Of a stretch of 64,000 bases of DNA, positions 25,014 to 33,073 are shown one piece after another. Within the stretch, counting starts at the first letter, position 1, and each line of letters begins with the position of its first letter. A program made the translations under genes and the position numbers. The notes beneath the pieces were generated by a model. The model did not search any database. It saw only the letters and a list, made by a program, of their open reading frames with translations, and was not told the origin of the DNA. The stretch comes from a phage: NCBI GenBank assembly GCA_020857175.1, contig GCA_020857175.1_3048.1. One strand, 5' to 3'.

Positions 25014-25396
25014 TCGAAATAATCTTCAATTTCATAATCATGGACGTAAATCATTATAGTTTTTAATACATCATCAATACTTTTTCCTGGAGCTGGAATT
25101 ACGTAAAAATATCCTGCTTTTGAAAGGTCTTTATAAGTTCCAATCAAGAAATCATTATTCTCGAGATGTAATTCTTCAACTAATTCATTAACAATTGAGT
25201 GGTATAAATTTGGTAGAAACTTATATAGCTTTTCTAGAATATCAATTTTGATTGTGTATTGAACCACAGACTGAGAATCAATAATCATAGACCTTCCCTT
25301 ATGTTTCTGTTTACGATTAGAATCTTTAAACGCTTTCTTCTTATCTTTATGAACAGAAGCTTTATTAAAATTATGCTTTGCGACTAAATTGTTCAT
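25010..25396 (-). CDS. hypothetical basic protein
   Basis: 128-codon ORF in asiA-motA interval. Confidence 0.4.
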   Translation of the reverse strand: MNNLVAKHNFNKASVHKDKKKAFKDSNRKQKHKGRSMIIDSQSVVQYTIKIDILEKLYKFLPNLYHSIVNELVEELHLENNDFLIGTYKDLSKAGYFYVIPAPGKSIDDVLKTIMIYVHDYEIEDYFE

Positions 25397-25589
25397 AGTG
25401 CTGAATTACCTCTCTTAAACATTTGCATGTGAATGAAAACTTTTTAGCTACACCACATTCAAATATATGTTCTCTTAAATCGCGCGTATCGGTATATCCC
25501 ATCTCAACGATAAAATGCCGTATTAGATTTTTATCTTTATCATTGAGAGAATTAAAATAATCAGATTTTGAATTAATTTCCCTGGCCAA
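25371..25589 (-). CDS. hypothetical protein
   Basis: 72-aa ORF. Confidence 0.4.
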   Translation of the reverse strand: MAREINSKSDYFNSLNDKDKNLIRHFIVEMGYTDTRDLREHIFECGVAKKFSFTCKCLREVIQHYEQFSRKA

Positions 25590-25869
25590 ATTGAATCACC
25601 TTCAGTTGACGTTTTAATTCTTTTATCATTTCTTCGTTCATCGCAATATAAAGATCGCGTAAAGCAGGTTTTAGCATTCCATTTACTGGAGAACTAAATG
25701 GACATACATAATCTTTTCCTACAAGCTTTTTGGTAAATTCCATATCACAAAATTTAAATGCCGGCTCATTCGCATAAATTCCCCAATTAGTTGACATCAT
25801 TTTATTGGCATATTCCAGTGCCTGAATTTGATTCATAATTCCATCAATTTGAAACTTTTTAATATTCAT
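25573..25869 (-). CDS. hypothetical protein
   Basis: 98-aa ORF. Confidence 0.4.
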   Translation of the reverse strand: MNIKKFQIDGIMNQIQALEYANKMMSTNWGIYANEPAFKFCDMEFTKKLVGKDYVCPFSSPVNGMLKPALRDLYIAMNEEMIKELKRQLKVIQFGQGN

Positions 25870-26330
25870 TAGTAAAGGTCCTCAGAGTAAAGTTCTTTTT
25901 CACTACCACCACGTTCAATACGTACTTGTCCAGCGTAAGTTGCAATAATCATTGCTTCTTCACGTGTCCAATAATTACTGTATTGGTCAATAAACCCTTG
26001 GTCATCATCACAAACTTGTTGAGTAACTAATTGAGGTTTAACTACATCTAAAACTTCTGCCATATCTTTAGAATAATGACGAGCACCTGGAATAACGAGA
26101 GTTCGTCCATCTTTTAATTTAAAACGGTTGGCTGCACAGACAATTCGTCGTTGATACTTTTGGTTTTCATCCCAATACGCAGTCTGCCAACATATTTCAG
26201 GAACTTCATCTAAAACATTTTGTTCTGTATATTCACCACTGTAAGAAGCTAATTTAGCAGCCAGACTTTCCGGAGTCTCACGTAACAAAGCTTTATCTAA
26301 CAGAGCTAAACGTTCTTTAAAAGTTTTCAT
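25869..26330 (-). CDS. hypothetical protein
   Basis: 153-aa ORF, stop-start coupled to neighbours. Confidence 0.45.
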   Translation of the reverse strand: MKTFKERLALLDKALLRETPESLAAKLASYSGEYTEQNVLDEVPEICWQTAYWDENQKYQRRIVCAANRFKLKDGRTLVIPGARHYSKDMAEVLDVVKPQLVTQQVCDDDQGFIDQYSNYWTREEAMIIATYAGQVRIERGGSEKELYSEDLY

Positions 26331-26656
26331 TTAAACCATCCTTTAATACGTTGCCACAAAGTTTTCTGTTGAGCTTTGTTAACACCAATTGAGCAAATAA
26401 CCGGTTGAGATTCCTGGAATTCTTTATAATCAGCAAGATAAATTTCGTAAGCTGCATCTGTAAAGGAACTTATCGCTGCCATAAAATTATTACGAATACC
26501 TACTGGAGCATCTTTACTTTCACGAATAATCATGTATTTACCAGTCTTAATCTTTACGATAGTTCCAAGATAAGCTCCATGATACCAGATGTCCCAACCC
26601 TCTTGAGTAGGTTCTGCACAACGACGAAGTTCATTGACAATTTCTAACTTGTTCAT
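26327..26656 (-). CDS. hypothetical protein
   Basis: 109-aa ORF. Confidence 0.45.
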   Translation of the reverse strand: MNKLEIVNELRRCAEPTQEGWDIWYHGAYLGTIVKIKTGKYMIIRESKDAPVGIRNNFMAAISSFTDAAYEIYLADYKEFQESQPVICSIGVNKAQQKTLWQRIKGWFK

Positions 26657-26666
26657 TATTTATTCC

Positions 26667-27302
26667 TCACAGTTCAGATGCTACAGTGATTACTGCTTCA
26701 ATGTTTTCTGCCGAGCGTTTAATGTCAAGATACACATTACCGTTTTTAGCGATTTTACATGACATTCCGATGTCAGTAAATTTCTGAATATGATGTTCCA
26801 TCATTTTGTATCCAAAAATTCGCATGTTTCCATTATTGTTAATTTCAAAATTGCGAATTCCGTGAGTGCGTTTTTCTAAAATAGCAAGATAGTTACTGCG
26901 GTAAGTTTCAACCTTTTTAAGAACAAATCCATTTTCATCTAAAAGTTTTAACATGAGGTCTTTATCTTCTTCCATATCAGAAGTAATCTCACGAGCTTTA
27001 CGAGTTGCTCGTTTTTTCAGTAGTTCCGGAGCATTTTCCTGCGCGTATAAAGTTGCTGCATTTGAAATAATATCTTGAGCTTCACCAGTAATGATTAATC
27101 CATCACCAGATTTCTCCACCAGGCCTTTTTTAATTAATACCCCAATATTACTATTAACTACTGCGTTACCTAAATCTGGATGCACCTCACGAACTTCTGC
27201 AGCTGTAATGAAATCTTTCTTAGCAATAGTAATTAAAATCGCAGCAGTTTTTTCATTCAAAACATCGTTAGAAGCTTTGATGATGTAAGTTACTTTAGAC
27301 AT
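26667..27302 (-). CDS. motA: middle transcription activator MotA
   Basis: 211 aa MSKVTYIIKASNDVLNEKTAAILITIAKKDFITAAEVREV matches recalled MotA. Confidence 0.85.
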   Translation of the reverse strand: MSKVTYIIKASNDVLNEKTAAILITIAKKDFITAAEVREVHPDLGNAVVNSNIGVLIKKGLVEKSGDGLIITGEAQDIISNAATLYAQENAPELLKKRATRKAREITSDMEEDKDLMLKLLDENGFVLKKVETYRSNYLAILEKRTHGIRNFEINNNGNMRIFGYKMMEHHIQKFTDIGMSCKIAKNGNVYLDIKRSAENIEAVITVASEL

Positions 27303-27339
27303 TTTCTAATCTCCGTAATTCTGTATCAGTAGTTGATAG

Positions 27340-27373
27340 TTGTATAGTACCACAGTATGCTTTGGTTGTAAAC
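27340..27373 (-). promoter_or_regulatory. early-type promoter upstream of motA
   Basis: minus-strand GTTTAC (27367-27372) and GGTACTATA -10-like element. Confidence 0.45.
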
Positions 27374-27394
27374 CGTTTTGTGAAAAAAATTTTA

Positions 27395-27425
27395 AAATAA
27401 AAAAAGGGAGAGCCGAGGCTCTCCC
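27395..27425 (-). terminator. rho-independent terminator
   Basis: GGGAGAGCC-GA-GGCTCTCCC hairpin followed by T-run on minus strand. Confidence 0.55.
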
Positions 27426-27431
27426 TAAAAA

Positions 27432-27581
27432 TTACTGCATGACTGTGATAACTGTCATGATAACACGTTGAATTCCGAACGCAAGAAGACCTCCTGCTAC
27501 GGCTGGAACAACACCTAAACCCGCCAGTAAAATGCTACCGGATACTAATGCAGCGCTTGTAATACCTATGAATGGACTCAT
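27432..27581 (-). CDS. small membrane peptide (49 aa)
   Basis: ATG overlaps gene 52 stop (ATGA); hydrophobic MSPFIGITSAALVSGSILLAGLGVV... Confidence 0.35.
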   Translation of the reverse strand: MSPFIGITSAALVSGSILLAGLGVVPAVAGGLLAFGIQRVIMTVITVMQ

Positions 27582-28906
27582 TTGATTTCCTCTAAATCTT
27601 TGGTGTATTCTGTAACTACATCAGTAGTTTTCCAATATTCGTTTTCTTCTTTTTTAGCTTTAGCTTCTTCAGCAAGTTTCTTTGCTTCATCAGAAGTCAT
27701 ATGAAAAATATTCATTCCGACTAGTTTATCAACATAAGAAGAATACATCTCAATTTTAGAAAGTTCTTCGGTCAGTTCTTTACGAGTTTTACCCTGCACG
27801 ACGATTTCACCTGAAATTACTTTCTTAATGAAATGTGCCTTGGCAAAAGCTAAACGAAAAGCTGATTCAGTTTCTTTGATTTTGTTATCAATTCGTTTTT
27901 GGACATAAGTTTTACGAACTTCAACGAAGTCTTTGATTAAATCAACTACGTTATCGTAAACTTGTAGTTTTCCTTTCTCATTAATAACCGTAATATTCTG
28001 AGAACGACGCTCAATCAACCCGAAGTCTTTCATAATTTTTGCGTGGCGTTCTTCTTCATTATCGCTCAAATAATATTCTTTACGGAATTTAACTTTAAAG
28101 CCAAAACCATGCTCACCACAAGCATCATCCCATGTAATGAAGCCTTTATCTTCAAGTGGGTCTAAGATTTTACTCACATAAGTTTCACGATCATACTTAT
28201 ACGGAATCTCAGTGATATGCATTTGAGTTCGTGAAGTAAACTTATATGTTCCACGAATTTCATATTGCCCATCAATTTCAACGACTTCACCACGAAATTC
28301 TGGGAATTCTACCTTCGGTTTAGTTACTTTCTTTCCTTGAAGAGCTTGTAATACAGCTTTCTTGACAGAAGAAACGCTATGAGGAAGAATGTAAGTTGCA
28401 TAACCAGTTGCAATACCGGAAACACCATTAAGAAGAACAGTAGGAATAATAGGCAAATAGAAAGCAGGCGGAATGTGTTCTTTATCTTGATGTACCGGAG
28501 CATATTCAGTATCTTTATATACGTTATAGAAATTTTTACTTACACGAGCAAAAATATAACGACTTGCCGCTGCTTTTTGAACGGTACGAGAACCAAAGTT
28601 TCCTTGACCATCTAACAGAGGAAAGTTATTGTTCCAAGTATTCGCCATCAAAGCACCTGCATCTTGTGCAGAGTTTTCGCCATGATGATATCCAAGGTCC
28701 GCTACACCACCTGCAATAGAAGCGAGTTTGTGAAACTTATCTTTATTTCCTCGCGCCAAATCAAGAGCTCGAGCAATAACAAATCGTTGAACTGGCTTAA
28801 ATCCATCAATCATATTTGGAATAGCACGATTTTCAACCGTGTACATAGCATAAGCCAATGCTTCATTATCAATGATACTTTTTAAATCGCGATTATTCAG
28901 TTGCAT
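27578..28906 (-). CDS. 52: DNA topoisomerase II medium subunit gp52
   Basis: 442 aa, gyrase A-like N-terminal region, length matches T4 gp52. Confidence 0.85.
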   Translation of the reverse strand: MQLNNRDLKSIIDNEALAYAMYTVENRAIPNMIDGFKPVQRFVIARALDLARGNKDKFHKLASIAGGVADLGYHHGENSAQDAGALMANTWNNNFPLLDGQGNFGSRTVQKAAASRYIFARVSKNFYNVYKDTEYAPVHQDKEHIPPAFYLPIIPTVLLNGVSGIATGYATYILPHSVSSVKKAVLQALQGKKVTKPKVEFPEFRGEVVEIDGQYEIRGTYKFTSRTQMHITEIPYKYDRETYVSKILDPLEDKGFITWDDACGEHGFGFKVKFRKEYYLSDNEEERHAKIMKDFGLIERRSQNITVINEKGKLQVYDNVVDLIKDFVEVRKTYVQKRIDNKIKETESAFRLAFAKAHFIKKVISGEIVVQGKTRKELTEELSKIEMYSSYVDKLVGMNIFHMTSDEAKKLAEEAKAKKEENEYWKTTDVVTEYTKDLEEIK

Positions 28907-28910
28907 AAAT

Positions 28911-29051
28911 TTACCATACTAGTGAATGTAGTGCCATAATAACATCAGAAATGAAAAGCACGACTTGAATTAATCCGAACATTACTCCGTAATATAACGC
29001 TATCAATAAAATAGCAAGGGCTAATGAATAGCCCAAGATTTTCTTAATCAT
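28911..29051 (-). CDS. small membrane peptide (46 aa)
   Basis: hand translation MIKKILGYSLALAILLIALYYGVMFG...; start overlaps ac stop. Confidence 0.3.
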   Translation of the reverse strand: MIKKILGYSLALAILLIALYYGVMFGLIQVVLFISDVIMALHSLVW

Positions 29052-29205
29052 CTTTAATCATCTTAAGTAAGCCAACAGAAGTAGAAAGCACCCAAGCAAT
29101 AAACAGAAAACTTAAGAATACTGAACCTGGGGTCCACACGCCTAAAAAGAAGCAAACCGAACAGACAATAGCCGTAATAAGTTCAATAAAAACCAGAATA
29201 ACCAT
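29044..29205 (-). CDS. ac: small membrane protein, Ac-like (53 aa)
   Basis: hydrophobic 53-aa ORF immediately downstream of stp, as in T4 ac-stp-ndd order. Confidence 0.45.
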   Translation of the reverse strand: MVILVFIELITAIVCSVCFFLGVWTPGSVFLSFLFIAWVLSTSVGLLKMIKDD

Positions 29206-29212
29206 GTTTTCC

Positions 29213-29293
29213 TCACTGGCGTCCGAAGACGCCTTTGGTTTTAAGATTGTTACGATAGAACTGCATCACATGTTCGTTATGAAAATTACTCAT
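29213..29293 (-). CDS. stp: Stp peptide (activator of host PrrC anticodon nuclease)
   Basis: hand translation [26 protein letters not shown], 26 aa, matches recalled T4 Stp; start overlaps ndd stop (TAATG). Confidence 0.8.
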
Positions 29294-29751
29294 TAATATG
29301 CCTGTAAAACAAATTTAAAGTTATCAGCCAACATACGGTTCATTTCTTCAAGTGTTTGATACTCAGAATGATGATTACGAGTAAACGCTAAAGCTAACTG
29401 TCCTTTTCCAAATCCTGTCGTCAGAGGTTTCATCTTAGAAGCAGGCAGATAAAATACTGTGTATGGAACATTATTATTTGCAATAGTTCGTGAAAGCTGA
29501 GACCGACGTTGACGAATATGACTTAGAACTGCACTGAATCCTTGCTTAGAACGCTGATTACCTACATAAAATCGTGCAGACACACATGGATTACTAAATG
29601 GACGACCATCTAATTTACTCACTAAAAAGTAAAATCCAGGTTTAGACAAAATGTCTTTGTGCGGAGTTCCCAAAAACCACTCACCACCCTTGATTGTACC
29701 AATAACAGTAGCGCCCGCATTATTCAGATCAGTAACAGTCATATATTTCAT
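29293..29751 (-). CDS. ndd: nucleoid disruption protein Ndd
   Basis: 152 aa at T4 ndd position upstream of stp. Confidence 0.7.
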
Positions 29752-29811
29752 ATTAATTTCCTCTAAATTATTTTCTACTCCAAGGCCGCATGAATACGCG
29801 CGGCCATTAAA

Positions 29812-30027
29812 TTAATCGTCGCAGTCGACGCTCAATTCCCAAAACTCTTCTACAGTATAAGTTTCAGTATCATTTTCAATACAGAAACGTTCATTACTGT
29901 TATTTGCTAAAGTAGCATTAACTGCCGGTTTCTCGCTAGTGCTCTTAAGAGGTGAAATACGAATTAACTGATCACCATTATCTAAACAGAAAATTTCACC
30001 AACTTTTACATCTTTAAAACTTTTCAT
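29812..30027 (-). CDS. hypothetical protein
   Basis: 71-aa ORF. Confidence 0.4.
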   Translation of the reverse strand: MKSFKDVKVGEIFCLDNGDQLIRISPLKSTSEKPAVNATLANNSNERFCIENDTETYTVEEFWELSVDCDD

Positions 30028-30142
30028 AATTCACCTCAAGGAGTATAAAATCCGAATGCAGTTGTTGACCATCCCATCCAATGTGGAAAATTTGCACCAA
30101 TGTAAAACATAAGAATATAAAACCAAATGTTTAGTAAATTCA

Positions 30143-30361
30143 TCATTTTACACCATTCCAAATTGTTTCAACTACGGATTTTAAACCATTTTGATGAATA
30201 TCCATTCCGACTACCGCCATCAAATAAATTCCAACTACAACTGAACCCAAGGCGAAAATCAGCATGAAAATGAATAAAGCCGGAAAAATATTATCGAAAA
30301 ACCATTCAATAAATGTAAAAACACTGCGTTTACGCTTCATATTTTCCTCACATAAATCCAA
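30143..30361 (-). CDS. small membrane protein
   Basis: 72 aa with two hydrophobic helices. Confidence 0.4.
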   Translation of the reverse strand: MDLCEENMKRKRSVFTFIEWFFDNIFPALFIFMLIFALGSVVVGIYLMAVVGMDIHQNGLKSVVETIWNGVK

Positions 30362-30461
30362 AGTAAGCGTTTAATACATCAATCATTAAAACGATTGGGA
30401 ATATACTCAAAACTATTAGTATTATAACTACATTCCATATAGCTTTAATAATCTTTTTCAT
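30348..30461 (-). CDS. small membrane peptide (37 aa)
   Basis: MKKIIKAIWNVVIILIVLSIFPIVLMIDV with GGAGGAACAG RBS; track ORF N-terminus runs through promoter. Confidence 0.35.
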   Translation of the reverse strand: MKKIIKAIWNVVIILIVLSIFPIVLMIDVLNAYFGFM

Positions 30462-30484
30462 TTTCTGTTCCTCCGTAGTTGATA

Positions 30485-30520
30485 GGGTAATAGTACCACG
30501 GAAGAACAGTCTTGTAAACA
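30485..30520 (-). promoter_or_regulatory. early-type promoter
   Basis: minus-strand GTTTAC at 30514-30519 plus GGTACTATTAC -10-like. Confidence 0.45.
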
Positions 30521-30703
30521 ACTTTTTAAAAATATTCGTAATAAATGTGAATACCAACTACTACCGCTGAAACCTGTGCAACCCACCACGCGCAAGCAAT
30601 AAGTACAGAATTCAAAATTTTCATAATAACCTCATTACAAAAGTAAATGTTAAACAAATTACTGGAATACTAATTAACCAAACAAAACACCACCATAGTG
30701 AAC

Positions 30704-30967
30704 TCATAGCTCAATCTCAATGATTTCAAGATTATTTTCTTTAATAGCTTTCTTTAAATCATCGTAAATAAGAACTTCCCAAGAATTGTTTAAATCACCA
30801 TTCAACAAACGCTCTTGTTGCAATTTATCAGTAAGATATGGTTGATCTGATTCATATTTAGACAATCCCAATGAAATAAATGATGTTGCATCATCAATTT
30901 CAGAATATTGTACATAAACAAATTCACCTGTGATTTTATGTTTAACATAAAAGAATTTAAATTTCAT
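30704..30967 (-). CDS. hypothetical protein
   Basis: 87-aa ORF. Confidence 0.4.
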   Translation of the reverse strand: MKFKFFYVKHKITGEFVYVQYSEIDDATSFISLGLSKYESDQPYLTDKLQQERLLNGDLNNSWEVLIYDDLKKAIKENNLEIIEIEL

Positions 30968-30989
30968 TTTTGTTCCTCCGTAGTTGATA

Positions 30990-31025
30990 GGGTAATAGTA
31001 CCACGGTCCTTGTGGTATGTAAACC
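30990..31025 (-). promoter_or_regulatory. early-type promoter
   Basis: minus-strand GTTTAC at 31019-31024 plus GGTACTATTAC -10-like. Confidence 0.45.
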
Positions 31026-31042
31026 GTTTTGTGAAAAAATTT

Positions 31043-31600
31043 TTAAATGGAAAGATACCATCCGTTGTAGTTGCTTTTTCTTACAACCTTACGAAGGTCT
31101 TCTCTGTCACCGATGAACTTCGGAGTGTACTGGATGACACCTGGATGAATTTCTTTAGTGTTGAATATAATTATACAGTCAGCGACTTGATGATTTAGAA
31201 TGGGCCCTAGATTTATTCCAGAACCGTATGGATACTCTCCGCTGTGTCCTGTCGTTACTGAAATCCATCGAGAGTCAGTTTGGTGTGTTTTAACTTCTAC
31301 CCGAAGCCCGCAGTATTTTGGATGTGCTAAAACATCCCATGCATATGTATACGGATCATCGACGTCTTCTTGACCTTTGTTAACATACCCACTTAACCAA
31401 TCTGCTACAACATACTCAGCATACACTGCAATACGACATCTTTCGATGACCTCAGCCTTATCCTGGTTTGGATTTTGTTTTAAAGAGTATCTCGCAGTAT
31501 CAGCAATTTTGACCTTCATTTCACTAGTCAAATCACTGTTCGATAGGGTAAATGTCGGAATCTGAAATAGTCTCTGTAAACCCGGATTCGTTTTCTGCAT
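31043..31600 (-). CDS. denB: endonuclease IV
   Basis: 185 aa, same as T4 DenB, position between ndd cluster and rIIB. Confidence 0.8.
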   Translation of the reverse strand: MQKTNPGLQRLFQIPTFTLSNSDLTSEMKVKIADTARYSLKQNPNQDKAEVIERCRIAVYAEYVVADWLSGYVNKGQEDVDDPYTYAWDVLAHPKYCGLRVEVKTHQTDSRWISVTTGHSGEYPYGSGINLGPILNHQVADCIIIFNTKEIHPGVIQYTPKFIGDREDLRKVVRKSNYNGWYLSI

Positions 31601-31862
31601 TTAGACTTTCCTTTTTACCACCGAGATAAGCGTTATATACTTTAAGAGTACCATAATAAATTCGGTCATTTTCATCTAAAGACTCGAGGTCAAGTTCATC
31701 GAGCTCCTTTTTATCCATGACTATAACATCATTACAGTAAAGAAACCCAAGTTTTTCGTGACCAAACTCAAATTTATTACAGTACACAATATTAGCGTGA
31801 TGATTTCCGTGCAGTTTAATCTCTTTTATGTCGGAATCGCCGATATTCATACAATAAATCAT
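31533..31862 (-). CDS. hypothetical protein
   Basis: 109-codon ORF overlapping denB start. Confidence 0.4.
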   Translation of the reverse strand: MIYCMNIGDSDIKEIKLHGNHHANIVYCNKFEFGHEKLGFLYCNDVIVMDKKELDELDLESLDENDRIYYGTLKVYNAYLGGKKESLNAENESGFTETISDSDIYPIEQ

Positions 31863-31880
31863 AATTTTTCCTTAAAACAA

Positions 31881-31896
31881 AAGGGCCAAAGCCCTT
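31881..31896 (-). promoter_or_regulatory. intercistronic GC stem-loop (AAGGGC-N4-GCCCTT)
   Basis: perfect 6-bp GC-rich stem with 4-nt loop between ORFs. Confidence 0.5.
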
Positions 31897-31900
31897 TATT

Positions 31901-32095
31901 TTACTTGAATCGTGCAATTCTTTTCTCTAGACATTCAGCATAAGATTTCATTGAGATGAACTGTGAAAGCAGCAGTTCTTGCTCAACTGCACTAACTGTT
32001 AGAAACTTTGTGCTTTCTAAAAATTTGCTCAGTGCATTAATTTTGAGCATTAATTGATCGTATTCTTCTTTTACTCGTGCTTGATAACCTAACAT
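31901..32095 (-). CDS. hypothetical protein
   Basis: 64-aa ORF downstream of rIIB. Confidence 0.4.
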   Translation of the reverse strand: MLGYQARVKEEYDQLMLKINALSKFLESTKFLTVSAVEQELLLSQFISMKSYAECLEKRIARFK

Positions 32096-32109
32096 AATTT
32101 TCCTTAGTT

Positions 32110-32125
32110 AAGGGCCGAAGCCCTT
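32110..32125 (-). promoter_or_regulatory. intercistronic stem-loop with UUCG loop, overlapping rIIB stop
   Basis: AAGGGC-CGAA-GCCCTT on plus strand = UUCG tetraloop hairpin in minus-strand RNA, between rIIB stop and next RBS. Confidence 0.5.
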
Positions 32126-33062
32126 ATTTAAATTGTTCAGTAACGTCTTCAATTACTTCATACTGGCAGGTACGCATTTTAGCATCGTTGTAATCAATCG
32201 GAATTGATACTACATCGCGAGGATGAACTTTAACTTTTACAACTCGACTAGTTGAACCACCGAAGTGACGAATATAAGATTTAGAACATACATGCAAACC
32301 GCGAGAACAAGTTTGTGTATCATCGTCATTTACGCGAGTACGCGGCATTTTAACTACTTTACCCGGACTGTTATCAAAGGTATTTGAGTGACAGTCAAAG
32401 TAATTGCTGCGAACTACTTTCCAAGCATAGAAGTAACCATCTTCTGTAATTTCAATATCGTTTGCTACCAAGAAATCAAAGAGTCGAGATACCGCTTTCT
32501 GGCTTGGGTTTTCCAGCAGATTTTCCAAGAACGGAAAATAAAATTCAAAGTTTTCGCCTTTTTCCATCGAATCAAGAATACGATCAACCAAACCAGACCG
32601 TAATTCAATATTTTGATAGAACAAGCTTCCACCTTCAATTCGAACATCGCCGGAAATATATTTTTCAACAGCGCGACGAACATTAATTTTTTGTGCCGCT
32701 TCTTCTAACTTATCTGCTACGAGCAGATTAAGAATTTCCTGGAAGTTTGAATGTGTATTAGGAGTTGCGTTATAAGTTACACCGTCAACAGTAATTGAAA
32801 TGAATTTTTTAGATGCATTCCAAATAATGTCAGATTTAGCAACTGGAGCAATAACTGCATCGCTATTAACTTTAACTGTAATATCACCACTAATAGTAAC
32901 TTTAGGGCGTTTAGCTTCTTCGGCATTTTTCAAAACACGACGGATTGTGTCAACCGATACACCTTGCCAATCAGCCAATTCCTGTTGGGTATAATTACCG
33001 CTTGAATACAGTTTAACAATTTCAGCTTGTTCGTTTTTGGTCAGGCATTTAATATTGTACAT
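32124..33062 (-). CDS. rIIB: rIIB protein
   Basis: 312 aa, same as T4 rIIB, adjacent to rIIA. Confidence 0.85.
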   Translation of the reverse strand: MYNIKCLTKNEQAEIVKLYSSGNYTQQELADWQGVSVDTIRRVLKNAEEAKRPKVTISGDITVKVNSDAVIAPVAKSDIIWNASKKFISITVDGVTYNATPNTHSNFQEILNLLVADKLEEAAQKINVRRAVEKYISGDVRIEGGSLFYQNIELRSGLVDRILDSMEKGENFEFYFPFLENLLENPSQKAVSRLFDFLVANDIEITEDGYFYAWKVVRSNYFDCHSNTFDNSPGKVVKMPRTRVNDDDTQTCSRGLHVCSKSYIRHFGGSTSRVVKVKVHPRDVVSIPIDYNDAKMRTCQYEVIEDVTEQFK

Positions 33063-33073
33063 AATTTTCCTTA

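Noticed and set aside
30348-30557. 69-aa track ORF
   Set aside because: Its N-terminal third runs through an early promoter and starts at a near-cognate codon; the real product is more likely the 37-aa peptide from the internal ATG with a good RBS (30348-30461).
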